A stretch of 64,000 nucleotides of DNA, from contig WGFU01000037.1 of the NCBI GenBank assembly GCA_015492075.1, positions 1,425-65,424 of the forward strand, written 5' to 3'. This document shows positions 51,260 to 61,651 of the stretch, piece after piece. A program made the position numbers and the translations under genes. The notes beneath the pieces are model-generated. The model ran no database searches, was not told the DNA's origin, and worked only from the letters and a program-made list of their open reading frames with translations. How positions within the stretch are numbered: position 1 is the stretch's first letter; every line of letters starts with the position of its first letter. Origin of the DNA: Gammaproteobacteria bacterium. Lineage in GTDB: Bacteria; Pseudomonadota; Gammaproteobacteria; GCA-2400775.

Positions 51260-53341
51260 TCACACTGTGGCGAAGTCTTGCGCCTGATTCAGCCAACGTT
51301 GTAGCAGCTGGCCAATCAGCTCAGGATGCTTGCTCAATAGCTCATCAGCAGCAGAGCGGATATCATCAAACATCGCCTCACCAACATCGAGCCGCGCGAC
51401 ACGCAGCTGCATATCGCCAGTTTGACGCACTCCCAACAATTCACCAGCGCCACGCAGCTCAAGGTCTTTATGCGCGATGACAAAACCATCGTTAGTCTCT
51501 CGCATGATCGCCAAACGCGAGCGCGCTGTTTGCGAAAGCGTGCCATGATACATCAACACGCAGTGGCTTTTGCGGGCGCCTCGACCGACCCGGCCTCGCA
51601 GCTGATGCAGCTGGGACAAACCGAGCCGCTCGGCATTCTCAACAATCATCAGACTGGCGTTGGCTACGTCGACCCCAACCTCGATAACCGTGGTCGCCAC
51701 CAAGACATGAATCGTGCCGGCTTTAAACGCCGCCATCTGCGCCGCCTTGTCATCCGCTTTCATACGGCCATGAACCAAACCTATACACAAACCCGGCAAC
51801 TGCTCAGTCAATTCAGCCGCCGTATCGGTCGCAGCCTGGCTCACTATCAATTCTGATTCATCGATCAGTGTGCATACCCAATAAACTTGCCGCCCCTCTA
51901 GACAGGCATGGCGAATACGCGCTATGACTTCGCCGCGTCGCTGCGCTGACATCACTGTCGTCATAATTTGCTGGCGACCCGGTGGCAATTCATCTATTAC
52001 TGACAAATCAAGATCGGCATAAAAGGTCATGGCCAGTGAACGTGGAATCGGGGTTGCCGTCATGATCAATTGATGTGGACGACTGTTTTCGCATTCCCCC
52101 TTGCGCTGTAAGGCCAGGCGTTGCGACACACCAAAGCGATGCTGTTCATCGATAATAACCAGGCCGAGTTGACGAAAAATAACATCGTCCTGAAAAACTG
52201 CATGAGTACCTACCAGTATATCAATCTCGCCGTGCGCAAGCTCTGCCAGCAACTGCCTGCGCTGCACGCCTTTGACACGACCATGGAGCCAGGCGACACG
52301 CACACCAAAAGGTTCAAACCAAGTAAGTAAACTACGATAGTGTTGTTCTGATAATATCTCGGTCGGCACCATCAACACACTTTGCTCGCCAGCGGCAACA
52401 GCGTTGGCCAAGATCGCAGCTGCGACAATAGTTTTGCCTGATCCGACATCGCCTTGCAACAAACGCTGCATGGGTAAGGCCGATGCACAGTCTTTGGCGA
52501 TTTCGTCTATCACACGTTGCTGCGCTAGCGTCAGTGTAAATGGCAGTGCAGCAATCAACTTGAGATGCAAGTCAGAATTCGCTGCAATCACAGGGGCCCG
52601 ATAGCATTCACGCTGCTTGCGACGTTGCCGCAGACTGAGATGATGCGCGAGCAACTCTTCAAATATCAATCGTCGCAACATCGGATGACTGCCATCGCGG
52701 AGCTTTTCCAAATCGGCGTTAGCAGGCGGCCGATGAATGTAATTGATGGCATCAATCAGAGCGGACAATTGAAAACGCTCCAGCATCGGCAACGGCAATA
52801 ACTCAGGCAAAGCATTCTTGTTGTTTAGAGTATCCAGGGCGCTGTCACGAATCTGCCGTAACAAATGTTGGCTTACTCCCTCGACTACAGGGTAAACCGC
52901 TGTCAAGACGTCAGCCGGCTCGCCGACACCAGCTTGAGTCAACAACTGATACTCCGGATGCACCATTTCAACATGGCCTGGCACTCCCATCCTGGGATTA
53001 CCGTAACAACGCAGCCAGTTCGCTCGCTGCAACAGTTGCTGTTGTCTTTGGCTGAAATGGAAAAAGCGCAATGTCATTTCCGCGCTATCATCTTGCAAGG
53101 TACAAAGCATGGCTCGACGGCGGCCATAGACGATCCTAACGCTTGTTACCCGCCCTTCAACCTGGGCATCGATACCGTGAACCAGCTGATCAATAGGTGT
53201 GACACGAGTACGGTCCTCATAACGTAGTGGCAAATGGAACAACATGTCGGCAAGGGTGCGCAGACCCAGTCGCTCCAAACGTTGTGCTTTTTTAGGCCCG
53301 ACACCAGAAAGCGTGCTTACCGCAGCACCCAGTGCAACCAC
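51260..53341 (-). CDS. recG: ATP-dependent DNA helicase RecG
   Basis: LQGDVGSGKT, DEQHRFG, MTATPIPR, QLRGRVGRG. Confidence 0.97.
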   Translation of the reverse strand: MVALGAAVSTLSGVGPKKAQRLERLGLRTLADMLFHLPLRYEDRTRVTPIDQLVHGIDAQVEGRVTSVRIVYGRRRAMLCTLQDDSAEMTLRFFHFSQRQQQLLQRANWLRCYGNPRMGVPGHVEMVHPEYQLLTQAGVGEPADVLTAVYPVVEGVSQHLLRQIRDSALDTLNNKNALPELLPLPMLERFQLSALIDAINYIHRPPANADLEKLRDGSHPMLRRLIFEELLAHHLSLRQRRKQRECYRAPVIAANSDLHLKLIAALPFTLTLAQQRVIDEIAKDCASALPMQRLLQGDVGSGKTIVAAAILANAVAAGEQSVLMVPTEILSEQHYRSLLTWFEPFGVRVAWLHGRVKGVQRRQLLAELAHGEIDILVGTHAVFQDDVIFRQLGLVIIDEQHRFGVSQRLALQRKGECENSRPHQLIMTATPIPRSLAMTFYADLDLSVIDELPPGRQQIMTTVMSAQRRGEVIARIRHACLEGRQVYWVCTLIDESELIVSQAATDTAAELTEQLPGLCIGLVHGRMKADDKAAQMAAFKAGTIHVLVATTVIEVGVDVANASLMIVENAERLGLSQLHQLRGRVGRGARKSHCVLMYHGTLSQTARSRLAIMRETNDGFVIAHKDLELRGAGELLGVRQTGDMQLRVARLDVGEAMFDDIRSAADELLSKHPELIGQLLQRWLNQAQDFATV

Positions 53342-53356
53342 TGCGATGACCTCTCT

Positions 53357-53752
53357 TTAGCCTGCGCAATGATCAATACGCAACACGGCATCCATTTCCA
53401 CACTCGCGTCTTTGGGTAAGGCGGCGACACCAATCGCCGCACGAGCCGGATAAGGTGACCGAAAATAGCGTGCCATCACTTCATTAACCACCGCAAAATG
53501 CGACAGATCAGTGAGAAAGACATTGAGTTTGACAACATCAGCAAGATCACCACCCGCTGCTTGCGCAACGGCTTTCAAATTGTCAAATACTTGCGTAATT
53601 TGCGCCTCGATATCCCCTGCCACCATCTGCATGGTTTCTGGCAGCAATGGAATCTGGCCAGACAAATAGACTTCATTGCCGACGCGAACGGCTTGCGAGT
53701 AAGTACCAATAGCGGCCGGCGCTTTATCTGTTGCGATAATCTGGCGTTGCAT
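53357..53752 (-). CDS. RidA family enamine deaminase
   Basis: [21 protein letters not shown]....VE. Confidence 0.93.
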   Translation of the reverse strand: MQRQIIATDKAPAAIGTYSQAVRVGNEVYLSGQIPLLPETMQMVAGDIEAQITQVFDNLKAVAQAAGGDLADVVKLNVFLTDLSHFAVVNEVMARYFRSPYPARAAIGVAALPKDASVEMDAVLRIDHCAG

Positions 53753-53985
53753 TTTTCCTCCTAAAACACGTATTACAATGATTGTTGTAACCGCTTAGCA
53801 AGCATAAATGCATGCTCCAGACCCGACAAGTCATCGCCTACTGACAAACATTCGCAAGATGTGTTTGGCAACATGCTCAAACCAGACAACAATACCTTGC
53901 AATCCATAAAGTGGCGTTCACTCGGAGTCGGCAAGGTTTGCGAATTGACACCATAGCGACGGTGCGGAGACTTTTTAACCGCCAG

Positions 53986-56211
53986 CTATGCGTGCTTGTC
54001 ACGCTGGATTTTCGCCACTGAATCCACTCTTCTCACTCTGCGCATAATCCTGGCAAGATGCCGACGATCACTGACATCGACTGTTACGTGCAGCACGCTG
54101 TACTTGCCGTCACGGTCTTCAACACTGATATTGTCAATATTGGCGCCCATATCGGAGAATACCGCAGCAACGTTGGCCAGCACACCACGGCGATTATGTG
54201 CGTGAATCGCCACCTCCACCGGGAAAACCACACCGATCTCGCGCTCCCAATGCACGTCCAGCAATTTTTCTGGTGACTTGCGTGCAGACAGCGCATTTCT
54301 ACATGTACTTTGATGAACAACGATACCGCGGCCAGACGTTAACAGTGCGCAAATGGTATCACCCGGAATCGGGCGGCAACACTTACCAAAACTCACTACC
54401 ATACCCTCGGTGCCCTTAATGGCCAAGGGAGCGCCAGAAGCACGCTCGCGTCGTAGCCAACTCGGCACATAACGACGCCATTTCCGGGCTGCATTGCCGT
54501 CACTTAGTTGATCATGAATACGTTTAGCGACCAATATTGGCGGCCGATTGCCGAGTCCCACATCGGCATACAAATCTTCCAGCGATTCAAGATTAAAATC
54601 GTTCAGTAAAACCTTTAATGCTTGCTCACCGATTTCATTAATATTGATTGAAAAGGCATCAAGCGCCTTGCCCAGCAAGCGCTTACCCAGACCCACAGAC
54701 TCGTCACGACGAAGATTTTTCAGATAATGACGTATCTTACTGCGCGCCTTACCGGTCACAACAAAGTTCAACCATGCGGCATTGGGACGCGCACTCAGCG
54801 CGGTAATCACCTCTACTGTCTGGCCATTTAATAAAGGTGTGCTCAATGGCACCAAACGGCGATCCACCTTTGCCGCAACGCAGGTAGCGCCGACATCGGT
54901 ATGGACGCAGTAGGCAAAATCAATGGCAGTGGAGCCGCGCGGCAAGCGCATAATCTTACCTTTCGGGGTAAACACATAGACCTCGTCCGGAAACAAGTCG
55001 ATCTTGACGTTCTCAAGAAATTCGATGGAGTCACCGGCCTGTTGCTGCATTTCCAACAAGCCCCTCATCCATTCATGAACGTTAGCCGTGGTACCGCTCG
55101 ACTTAAGATTAGACGTTTTATATAACCAATGTGCGGCCACACCGGCCTCCGCCACCTTATCCATATCGTGGGTGCGGATCTGAACTTCGACTGGCACGCC
55201 ATAGGGGCCAAACAGTACGGTATGCAATGATTGGTAACCGTTGGCCTTAGGAATAGCAATATAATCTTTGAAGCGCCCGCCAACCGGTTTGTACAAGTGA
55301 TGCAGAATCCCCAATGTACGGTAGCAACCATCAACGCTATCAACAATGACGCGAAACGCATAGACATCAAAAACTTCAGAAAAAGACAGTCGCTTGACCT
55401 TCATCTTTTGATAGATGCTATACAAATGCTTTTCGCGGCCCTCGACTTTTGCTTTCAGCCCTTCTTGCCGCAGACGCTGTTCAAGTGATTTGTCAATTTT
55501 TTGAATAACTTCTTTTCGATTGCCGCGCGCACGTTTTACCGATTCCGCTAAAACTCGATAACGTTGCGGATAAAGCGCCTGAAAACCTAAATCTTGCAGC
55601 TCAATACGAAATTGGTTCATACCCAAGCGATTAGCCATGGGCGCATAAACCTCGAGCGTTTCTTTCGCTATGCGGCGGCGTTTATAAGCAACTAGCGCAC
55701 CCAGGGTGCGCATATTATGCAGACGGTCGGCCAGCTTAATGATGATGACGCGGATATCACGCACCATCGCCAACATCATCTTGCGGAAATTTTCGGCCTC
55801 GGCCTCGAGCTTGTTTTCGAATTCGATTTGAGTAAGCTTGGTAACACCGTCAACCAGCTCGGCAATCTCAGCGCCAAACTCAGTTTCAATCTCTTCTTTA
55901 ACAACTGGCGTATCTTCAATAACATCATGCAAAATGGCCGCAGTAATGGTGCAATGATCAAGTCGCATCCTGGCCAAAATGCACGCAACCACCAAAGGGT
56001 GATGAATATAAGGTTCGCCCGATGCACGATACTGGTCATGATGAACCCGTGCGCCAAATTGGTAAGCGCGGTAAACACAGGCGACTTGGTCTTCGGGCAG
56101 ATACTCTTCTAAAAGGGTCTGCAATGTATCGAGCAGATGACCGCCTTGAACAACCGGAGAGCTTGCCTCTATTGCCTTAGTGGCACCACTCTCCATCCAG
56201 CTAAACTTCAA
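53986..56211 (-). CDS. spoT: bifunctional (p)ppGpp synthetase/hydrolase
   Basis: GEPYI.HP, LHDVIED, KLADRLHN, NGYQSLHT, TGS and ACT domains; follows rpoZ. Confidence 0.97.
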   Translation of the reverse strand: MKFSWMESGATKAIEASSPVVQGGHLLDTLQTLLEEYLPEDQVACVYRAYQFGARVHHDQYRASGEPYIHHPLVVACILARMRLDHCTITAAILHDVIEDTPVVKEEIETEFGAEIAELVDGVTKLTQIEFENKLEAEAENFRKMMLAMVRDIRVIIIKLADRLHNMRTLGALVAYKRRRIAKETLEVYAPMANRLGMNQFRIELQDLGFQALYPQRYRVLAESVKRARGNRKEVIQKIDKSLEQRLRQEGLKAKVEGREKHLYSIYQKMKVKRLSFSEVFDVYAFRVIVDSVDGCYRTLGILHHLYKPVGGRFKDYIAIPKANGYQSLHTVLFGPYGVPVEVQIRTHDMDKVAEAGVAAHWLYKTSNLKSSGTTANVHEWMRGLLEMQQQAGDSIEFLENVKIDLFPDEVYVFTPKGKIMRLPRGSTAIDFAYCVHTDVGATCVAAKVDRRLVPLSTPLLNGQTVEVITALSARPNAAWLNFVVTGKARSKIRHYLKNLRRDESVGLGKRLLGKALDAFSININEIGEQALKVLLNDFNLESLEDLYADVGLGNRPPILVAKRIHDQLSDGNAARKWRRYVPSWLRRERASGAPLAIKGTEGMVVSFGKCCRPIPGDTICALLTSGRGIVVHQSTCRNALSARKSPEKLLDVHWEREIGVVFPVEVAIHAHNRRGVLANVAAVFSDMGANIDNISVEDRDGKYSVLHVTVDVSDRRHLARIMRRVRRVDSVAKIQRDKHA

Positions 56212-56219
56212 TTAAAAAA

Positions 56220-56486
56220 TTATTGAAGTGTGGAACCCGGAGCTTCGTCAATGCTTTCAAGCACTGGCTCGGGCAGAATTGGCTTGGCCACTTCCGTCAG
56301 GATAGAGGCATTGGTCAAGCCTTCGGCCACTTCGCGCAATGCGACCACCGTTGGCTTATCATTTTCCCAGGCAACCTTTGGGTCCTGGCCCATTTCAAAC
56401 TGACGCGCGCGCTTGGTCGCAACCAGCACCAGTTCAAAGCGGTTGTCGACGTTCTCGAGACAGTCTTCTACAGTAACGCGAGCCAT
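56220..56486 (-). CDS. rpoZ: RNA polymerase omega subunit
   Basis: [25 protein letters not shown]. Confidence 0.97.
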   Translation of the reverse strand: MARVTVEDCLENVDNRFELVLVATKRARQFEMGQDPKVAWENDKPTVVALREVAEGLTNASILTEVAKPILPEPVLESIDEAPGSTLQ

Positions 56487-56554
56487 AATAACCTCCTACA
56501 AAACAAAACTCTAATCGGCGAATTGTAGCACACCCTCATATCGCTCCAGATGCA

Positions 56555-57163
56555 CTATATCAGGCCGAATAAACTGCCATACTTCTGTAACTGCTTATCG
56601 CGACGCAAGTCAGTAACATGAAAAATCGCCCGCATATCCGCTACCGCAGTATCAAAATCATCATTCATAACGATGTAATCAAAATCCTTACAATGCTCGA
56701 TATCATCACGTGCCTCCCGCATGCGACGGGCAATGATTTCTTCACTATCCTGGCGCCGATGACGTAAACGTTGTTCAAGCACCTCTAATGACGGCGGCAG
56801 TATAAAAATACTAATGGCGTCGGGCATATTTTGCTTAACCTGCGCCGCACCCTGCCAATCGATTTCTAATATCACATTCTCGGCTTTACGCAGCCGATCT
56901 TCAACAAATGTACGTGAAGTCCCGTAATAATTATCAAAAACGCAGGCATTTTCCAAAAAACCATTAGCCTGCTTAATAGCCATAAACTCTTTTCTAGAGA
57001 CAAAATAATAGTCTTCTCCGTCCACTTCACCTGGTCGAGCCGGGCGCGTAGTATGTGAAACGGACACATTAAAATTTGGCGCGCTTGCCAGCAGCGCTTT
57101 CACCAACGAGGTCTTGCCAGCACCAGATGGTGCCGACACCACAAATAACGTCCCGTTCACCAC
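56555..57163 (-). CDS. gmk: guanylate kinase
   Basis: SAPSGAGKTS, SHTTR, YYGT, EIDWQGA. Confidence 0.97.
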   Translation of the reverse strand: MVNGTLFVVSAPSGAGKTSLVKALLASAPNFNVSVSHTTRPARPGEVDGEDYYFVSRKEFMAIKQANGFLENACVFDNYYGTSRTFVEDRLRKAENVILEIDWQGAAQVKQNMPDAISIFILPPSLEVLEQRLRHRRQDSEEIIARRMREARDDIEHCKDFDYIVMNDDFDTAVADMRAIFHVTDLRRDKQLQKYGSLFGLI

Positions 57164-57193
57164 CCGATGCCTCCTGATCTAGAGCTGCCGATA

Positions 57194-58057
57194 TTACTCA
57201 ATGTTCTGTACCTGCTCGCGTATCTGTTCAATTAATACCTTCATATCGACCGTTAGCTGCGTCACTGCGCTATCCACCGATTTCGAAGACAAAGTGTTGG
57301 TCTCGCGATTGAGTTCCTGCATCAAAAAATCCAGTCGACGACCAATACTTTTATCGCTATCCAGTGTATCCCTCACTTCTTGAATATGCAGCCGCAGGCG
57401 ATCCAGCTCTTCCGCCACATCCATCTTTTGCGAAGCAAATAATAATTCCTGTTCTATGCGCGCCGGGTCGACGTCAACATCGATCTCGGCAATGCGCGCA
57501 AGCAAACGACTACGCCAATGCTCACGCACCTGCGGCAACCTCTTTGCCACCGTAGCAGCGGCTTTTTCAAGCTCATCGCAACGCGACAATATCACTGTTT
57601 TTAAGCTCGCACCCTCACGCAAACGATAAGCCAATAGCTCATCCAGCGCTTCTGCCAGGACTGCCAGCGCTGTTTGCTTCAAGGCGTCCACGTCATCCAC
57701 CTCCTTCGCAAGCACCCCTTCCCAGCTCAGAACATCCAAGGCCGTAGGCTGCGCTAAAGCACCCATCTCTTGCTGTACTTTATCTATCGCCACTGCCAAC
57801 TGTGCCAAAACCGCCTTATCAATACGCAAAGAGGCAGTACCGGTCGCCGATTCCAGCTTAAGACAACAATCTACCTTGCCGCGACCAAGCTTTTGCCTGA
57901 TGCGCTCGCGCAAAAGTGGCTCCAAGCCGCTCCAGTCCCGTGGTAAACGACATGAAATCTCCAAATAGCGGTGATTGACCGTTTTTATCTCCCAGACGAT
58001 CTCGACATCACTCAGACTGCGACGAATGCTGGCAAAACCAGTCATACTACGTATCAT
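57194..58057 (-). CDS. yicC: YicC/YloC family endoribonuclease
   Basis: SMTGF, VNHRYLE, EELDRL, LDFLMQELNRE.NT, QVQNIE. Confidence 0.95.
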   Translation of the reverse strand: MIRSMTGFASIRRSLSDVEIVWEIKTVNHRYLEISCRLPRDWSGLEPLLRERIRQKLGRGKVDCCLKLESATGTASLRIDKAVLAQLAVAIDKVQQEMGALAQPTALDVLSWEGVLAKEVDDVDALKQTALAVLAEALDELLAYRLREGASLKTVILSRCDELEKAAATVAKRLPQVREHWRSRLLARIAEIDVDVDPARIEQELLFASQKMDVAEELDRLRLHIQEVRDTLDSDKSIGRRLDFLMQELNRETNTLSSKSVDSAVTQLTVDMKVLIEQIREQVQNIE

Positions 58058-58153
58058 TGTTTCTTCTCAACTCTGTTTTGGGCAAGCGCATCAGACAGCG
58101 CGACCTGCTGACGCTATAATTGTCCGCTTTTACTTAAACCAGAAGGTTATATC

Positions 58154-58858
58154 ATGCGCCCTAGCGGACGAGCCCCCGATCAACTACGCACTGTCAAACT
58201 CACGCGCAACTATACCAAGCATGCAGAAGGTTCTGTACTGATAGAGTTTGGCGACACCAAAGTACTGTGCACCGCTTCGGTGGAAACTCGTGTACCCGGC
58301 TTTTTAAAAGGCTCAGGCAAAGGCTGGGTGACCGCCGAGTACGGTATGCTGCCACGCTCCACCGGTTCACGCATGCGTCGCGAAGCAAACAGCGGTAAGC
58401 AAGGTGGCCGCACCATGGAAATCCAGCGTCTTATCGGTCGCTCCCTGCGCGCAGCGATTAATCTCGATGCCTTAGGTGAAAACAGTATTACCATCGATTG
58501 TGATGTCATTCAAGCGGATGGCGGCACTCGCACCGCCGCCATCACTGGCGCCTATGTCGCTTTGGTCGATGCTATCAATACCATGAAACTGAAGAAGCAC
58601 CCTATCCATGGTAGCGTCGCCTCCGTCTCGGTGGGCATCTATCGAGGCACCCCAGTGCTCGACCTCGACTACGCCGAAGACTCTGCTGCGGAAACCGACA
58701 TGAATGTTGTCATGAATGAAGCCGGTGCTTTTATTGAAGTACAAGGCACTGCTGAAGGTCACGCCTTCCATAAGCCCGAGCTTGACACCATGCTGGCCCT
58801 GGCCAAAAAAGGTATCGACGAACTCGTCACCTTGCAACAGAAAGCCTTAGCCCGCTAA
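58154..58858 (+). CDS. rph: ribonuclease PH
   Basis: [30 protein letters not shown]. Confidence 0.97.
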   Translation: MRPSGRAPDQLRTVKLTRNYTKHAEGSVLIEFGDTKVLCTASVETRVPGFLKGSGKGWVTAEYGMLPRSTGSRMRREANSGKQGGRTMEIQRLIGRSLRAAINLDALGENSITIDCDVIQADGGTRTAAITGAYVALVDAINTMKLKKHPIHGSVASVSVGIYRGTPVLDLDYAEDSAAETDMNVVMNEAGAFIEVQGTAEGHAFHKPELDTMLALAKKGIDELVTLQQKALAR

Positions 58859-58860
58859 CC

Positions 58861-59481
58861 ATGGCTAATAAGAAACTGGTATTGGCCAGCAATAACAAGA
58901 AAAAGATTGCCGAAATACAAGCCATTCTGGCCGATATCGGGGCCGACGTGTCGATTGTTACACAAGCCAGCGTCGGCGTTGAAGAAATCCCCGAAAATGG
59001 CCTCAGCTTTGTCGAAAACGCACTCATCAAGGCACGCAATGCGGCCAAAGGTTCGGGCCTGCCTGCCATCGCTGACGACTCCGGTTTAGAGGTCGACATT
59101 CTCAAAGGGGCACCTGGCATTTATTCTGCGCGCTACGCTGGCGAAAATGCCAGCGATGAAGACAACAACCAAAAACTATTAAAAGCCCTGTCTGGTATCG
59201 AGCCAAAAAAACGCACAGCGCGCTTTTATTGCGCTATTGTTTATCTGCGTCACGAACTCGATCCGACACCGCTGATTTGTACTGGCACGTGGGAAGGCCG
59301 CATTATTAACAAAGCGCAAGGTGCAAACGGCTTTGGCTATGACCCCTTGTTTTACCTGCCGAGTCATCAATGCACTTCAGCAGAGCTTGCACCCGAAACA
59401 AAATCGCAAATCAGCCATCGCGGCCAGGCACTGCGTATATTTGCTGAACGCTACCGCAGCATGCGCGGGGATTCTGTTTAG
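58861..59481 (+). CDS. rdgB: non-canonical purine NTP pyrophosphatase
   Basis: ADDSGL, PGIYSAR, GFGYDP, SHRG. Confidence 0.96.
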   Translation: MANKKLVLASNNKKKIAEIQAILADIGADVSIVTQASVGVEEIPENGLSFVENALIKARNAAKGSGLPAIADDSGLEVDILKGAPGIYSARYAGENASDEDNNQKLLKALSGIEPKKRTARFYCAIVYLRHELDPTPLICTGTWEGRIINKAQGANGFGYDPLFYLPSHQCTSAELAPETKSQISHRGQALRIFAERYRSMRGDSV

Positions 59482-59485
59482 TAAC

Positions 59486-60652
59486 GTGTTTCAATTTACC
59501 GCCCCGCCACCCCTGTCGTTATACATTCACCTGCCTTGGTGCGAAAAAAAATGTCCCTACTGTGATTTCAATTCACACGGACTTAAAGACGAGCCACCAG
59601 AGCAAGCCTACATCGATGCCTTACTGACTGATCTCGAAACGGAGCTGCCTTTAGTTTGGGGACGATCTATCGTCAGCGTCTTTATGGGTGGCGGCACGCC
59701 CAGCTTGTTCAGCGCCGCGGCCATAGACCGCTTGCTCTGCGGTATTCGTGCGCGACTGCCTCTGCGCGCTGATGCCGAAATCACGATGGAAGCCAACCCG
59801 GGCAGCGTCGAACAAGCGCGTTTTGCAGCCTACCGCAAATCGGGTGTTAATCGATTATCACTCGGCATACAAAGTTTTGACGATTCGCATCTTGCGGCCC
59901 TTGGTCGCATACACAATGGCGCACAAGCAAAGAAAGCCATCGCTGTCGCACAGGAAGCGGGCTTTGACAGACTCAATCTCGACTTAATGTATGGCTTGCC
60001 CAATCAAAATGTAGAACAAGCCTTGGCCGACCTTGACGCTGCTATGAATTTTGAACCTGAACATATTTCTCATTACCAGCTGACTATTGAGCCGGACACC
60101 GCATTTGCCAAACAACCGCCCCTGTTACCCAGCGACGAAAATCGCTGGGACATGCAACAGCAGTGTCAACAACGCTTGGCCGACGCTGGCTATCGGCAAT
60201 ACGAAGTCTCCGCCTATGCGCGCAATAAAAAGCAGTGCCGACACAATATGAATTATTGGGCCTATGGCGACTATCTTGGGATTGGTGCTGGCGCCCATGG
60301 CAAAATTACGATTGGTCCGGAACAACGTATCGAGCGCCGCTCCAAACTACGCAACCCCTTACGCTATATAGAAGCGAGTAAAACCAAACAATTCATCGAT
60401 GAAAACCACGACATAGATCCCGACAATGCCGCCTTTGAATTTATGCTTAATGGTATGAGACTGATTGAGGGAATCAAAACTGAAACCTTTGCCTTGCACA
60501 CCGGCCTCGACATCGGCTTTATTAGGGATAAAATTGAGTTCGCTCAAGAACGTGGTTTATTAAAAAAAGACACGGAGCGCTTGCAAGCTACTGAGCACGG
60601 TCGCCGCTTTCTTAACGACCTGACAGAATTATTTTTACCCACACATTGTTAG
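59486..60652 (+). CDS. hemW: radical SAM heme chaperone HemW
   Basis: YIHLPWCEKKCPYCDF, GGGTPS, HNMNYW; GTG start at 59486 after rdgB. Confidence 0.93.
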   Translation: MFQFTAPPPLSLYIHLPWCEKKCPYCDFNSHGLKDEPPEQAYIDALLTDLETELPLVWGRSIVSVFMGGGTPSLFSAAAIDRLLCGIRARLPLRADAEITMEANPGSVEQARFAAYRKSGVNRLSLGIQSFDDSHLAALGRIHNGAQAKKAIAVAQEAGFDRLNLDLMYGLPNQNVEQALADLDAAMNFEPEHISHYQLTIEPDTAFAKQPPLLPSDENRWDMQQQCQQRLADAGYRQYEVSAYARNKKQCRHNMNYWAYGDYLGIGAGAHGKITIGPEQRIERRSKLRNPLRYIEASKTKQFIDENHDIDPDNAAFEFMLNGMRLIEGIKTETFALHTGLDIGFIRDKIEFAQERGLLKKDTERLQATEHGRRFLNDLTELFLPTHC

Positions 60653-60665
60653 AAACAGGAATAAC

Positions 60666-61526
60666 ATGAGTACACACCCTATCGTTGTCAGCGGCACATT
60701 GACTGAATCTATTGTTGAAATCATAAAGCAACAAATCGGTGGCGACATCCTGCTACAAAACGAAGAGCTGCTTGTCATCAGCGCCAGTCATTATCTACCC
60801 AAGACACGACTCGTGGCTTTGCGCCAAGGCCTCGATGTCGACATCAACCAACTGCCCAAATCATTTGACCCAAACACCGTCGGTCTGGTCATCAGCGATA
60901 TGGACTCCACCTTCATTACCATTGAATGCGTCGATGAGATCGCCGACTTCGCTAATATCAAACCGCAGATATCAGCAGTCACTGAATCTGCCATGCGTGG
61001 TGAAATTGATTTCGAAACCTCATTGCAACAACGCGTTGGCCTGCTCGCCGGTCTCGATGACAGCGCATTGGATCATGTTTACAAAGAAAGGCTACGACTC
61101 AATCCCGGCGCTGCTGACCTGGTAACAGGCCTACATAATAAATCGATACCCTTTGCCCTGGTTTCGGGTGGCTTTACTTTTTTTACTGAAAGGCTCAAAG
61201 CGGAATACGCGCTCGACTTCAGTAAAGCCAATACACTCGAAATCATTGACCATAAACTCACCGGCAAGGTTTTAGGCAACATCGTCGGCGCTCAAGCCAA
61301 AGTCGATTATCTGGAAGAACTGTGCCAAACTCTAAAAATCGAACCAAACCAGACCATCGCCATGGGTGACGGCGCCAATGATTTATTGATGATGGAACAG
61401 GCCGGCTTGAGTGTGGGGTATTATGCAAAGCCTGTTGTTCAGGAGAAAGCAGATATTGTGATCAATTATTCGCCATTGAGTTTGGTTTTGGAATTAATAA
61501 AAAAAGATCAGATTCTCGATTTTTAG
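60666..61526 (+). CDS. serB: phosphoserine phosphatase
   Basis: DMDST, E.VDE, SGGF, GDGANDL. Confidence 0.95.
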   Translation: MSTHPIVVSGTLTESIVEIIKQQIGGDILLQNEELLVISASHYLPKTRLVALRQGLDVDINQLPKSFDPNTVGLVISDMDSTFITIECVDEIADFANIKPQISAVTESAMRGEIDFETSLQQRVGLLAGLDDSALDHVYKERLRLNPGAADLVTGLHNKSIPFALVSGGFTFFTERLKAEYALDFSKANTLEIIDHKLTGKVLGNIVGAQAKVDYLEELCQTLKIEPNQTIAMGDGANDLLMMEQAGLSVGYYAKPVVQEKADIVINYSPLSLVLELIKKDQILDF

Positions 61527-61651
61527 TGCTCAACTGATGAAGCACTATTTGGAATCAAGAAATCATATAAATATAACTTATTGATAAATAACAACTTAAT
61601 ATTTATTTATATATATTATTCACAGTCAAAATCAAAACCCAATCAAGAAAC

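Noticed and set aside
57194..61526. Prophage or tRNA integration site near yicC/rph
   Set aside because: No integrase, tRNA or att-like repeat recognised; the core genes are contiguous.
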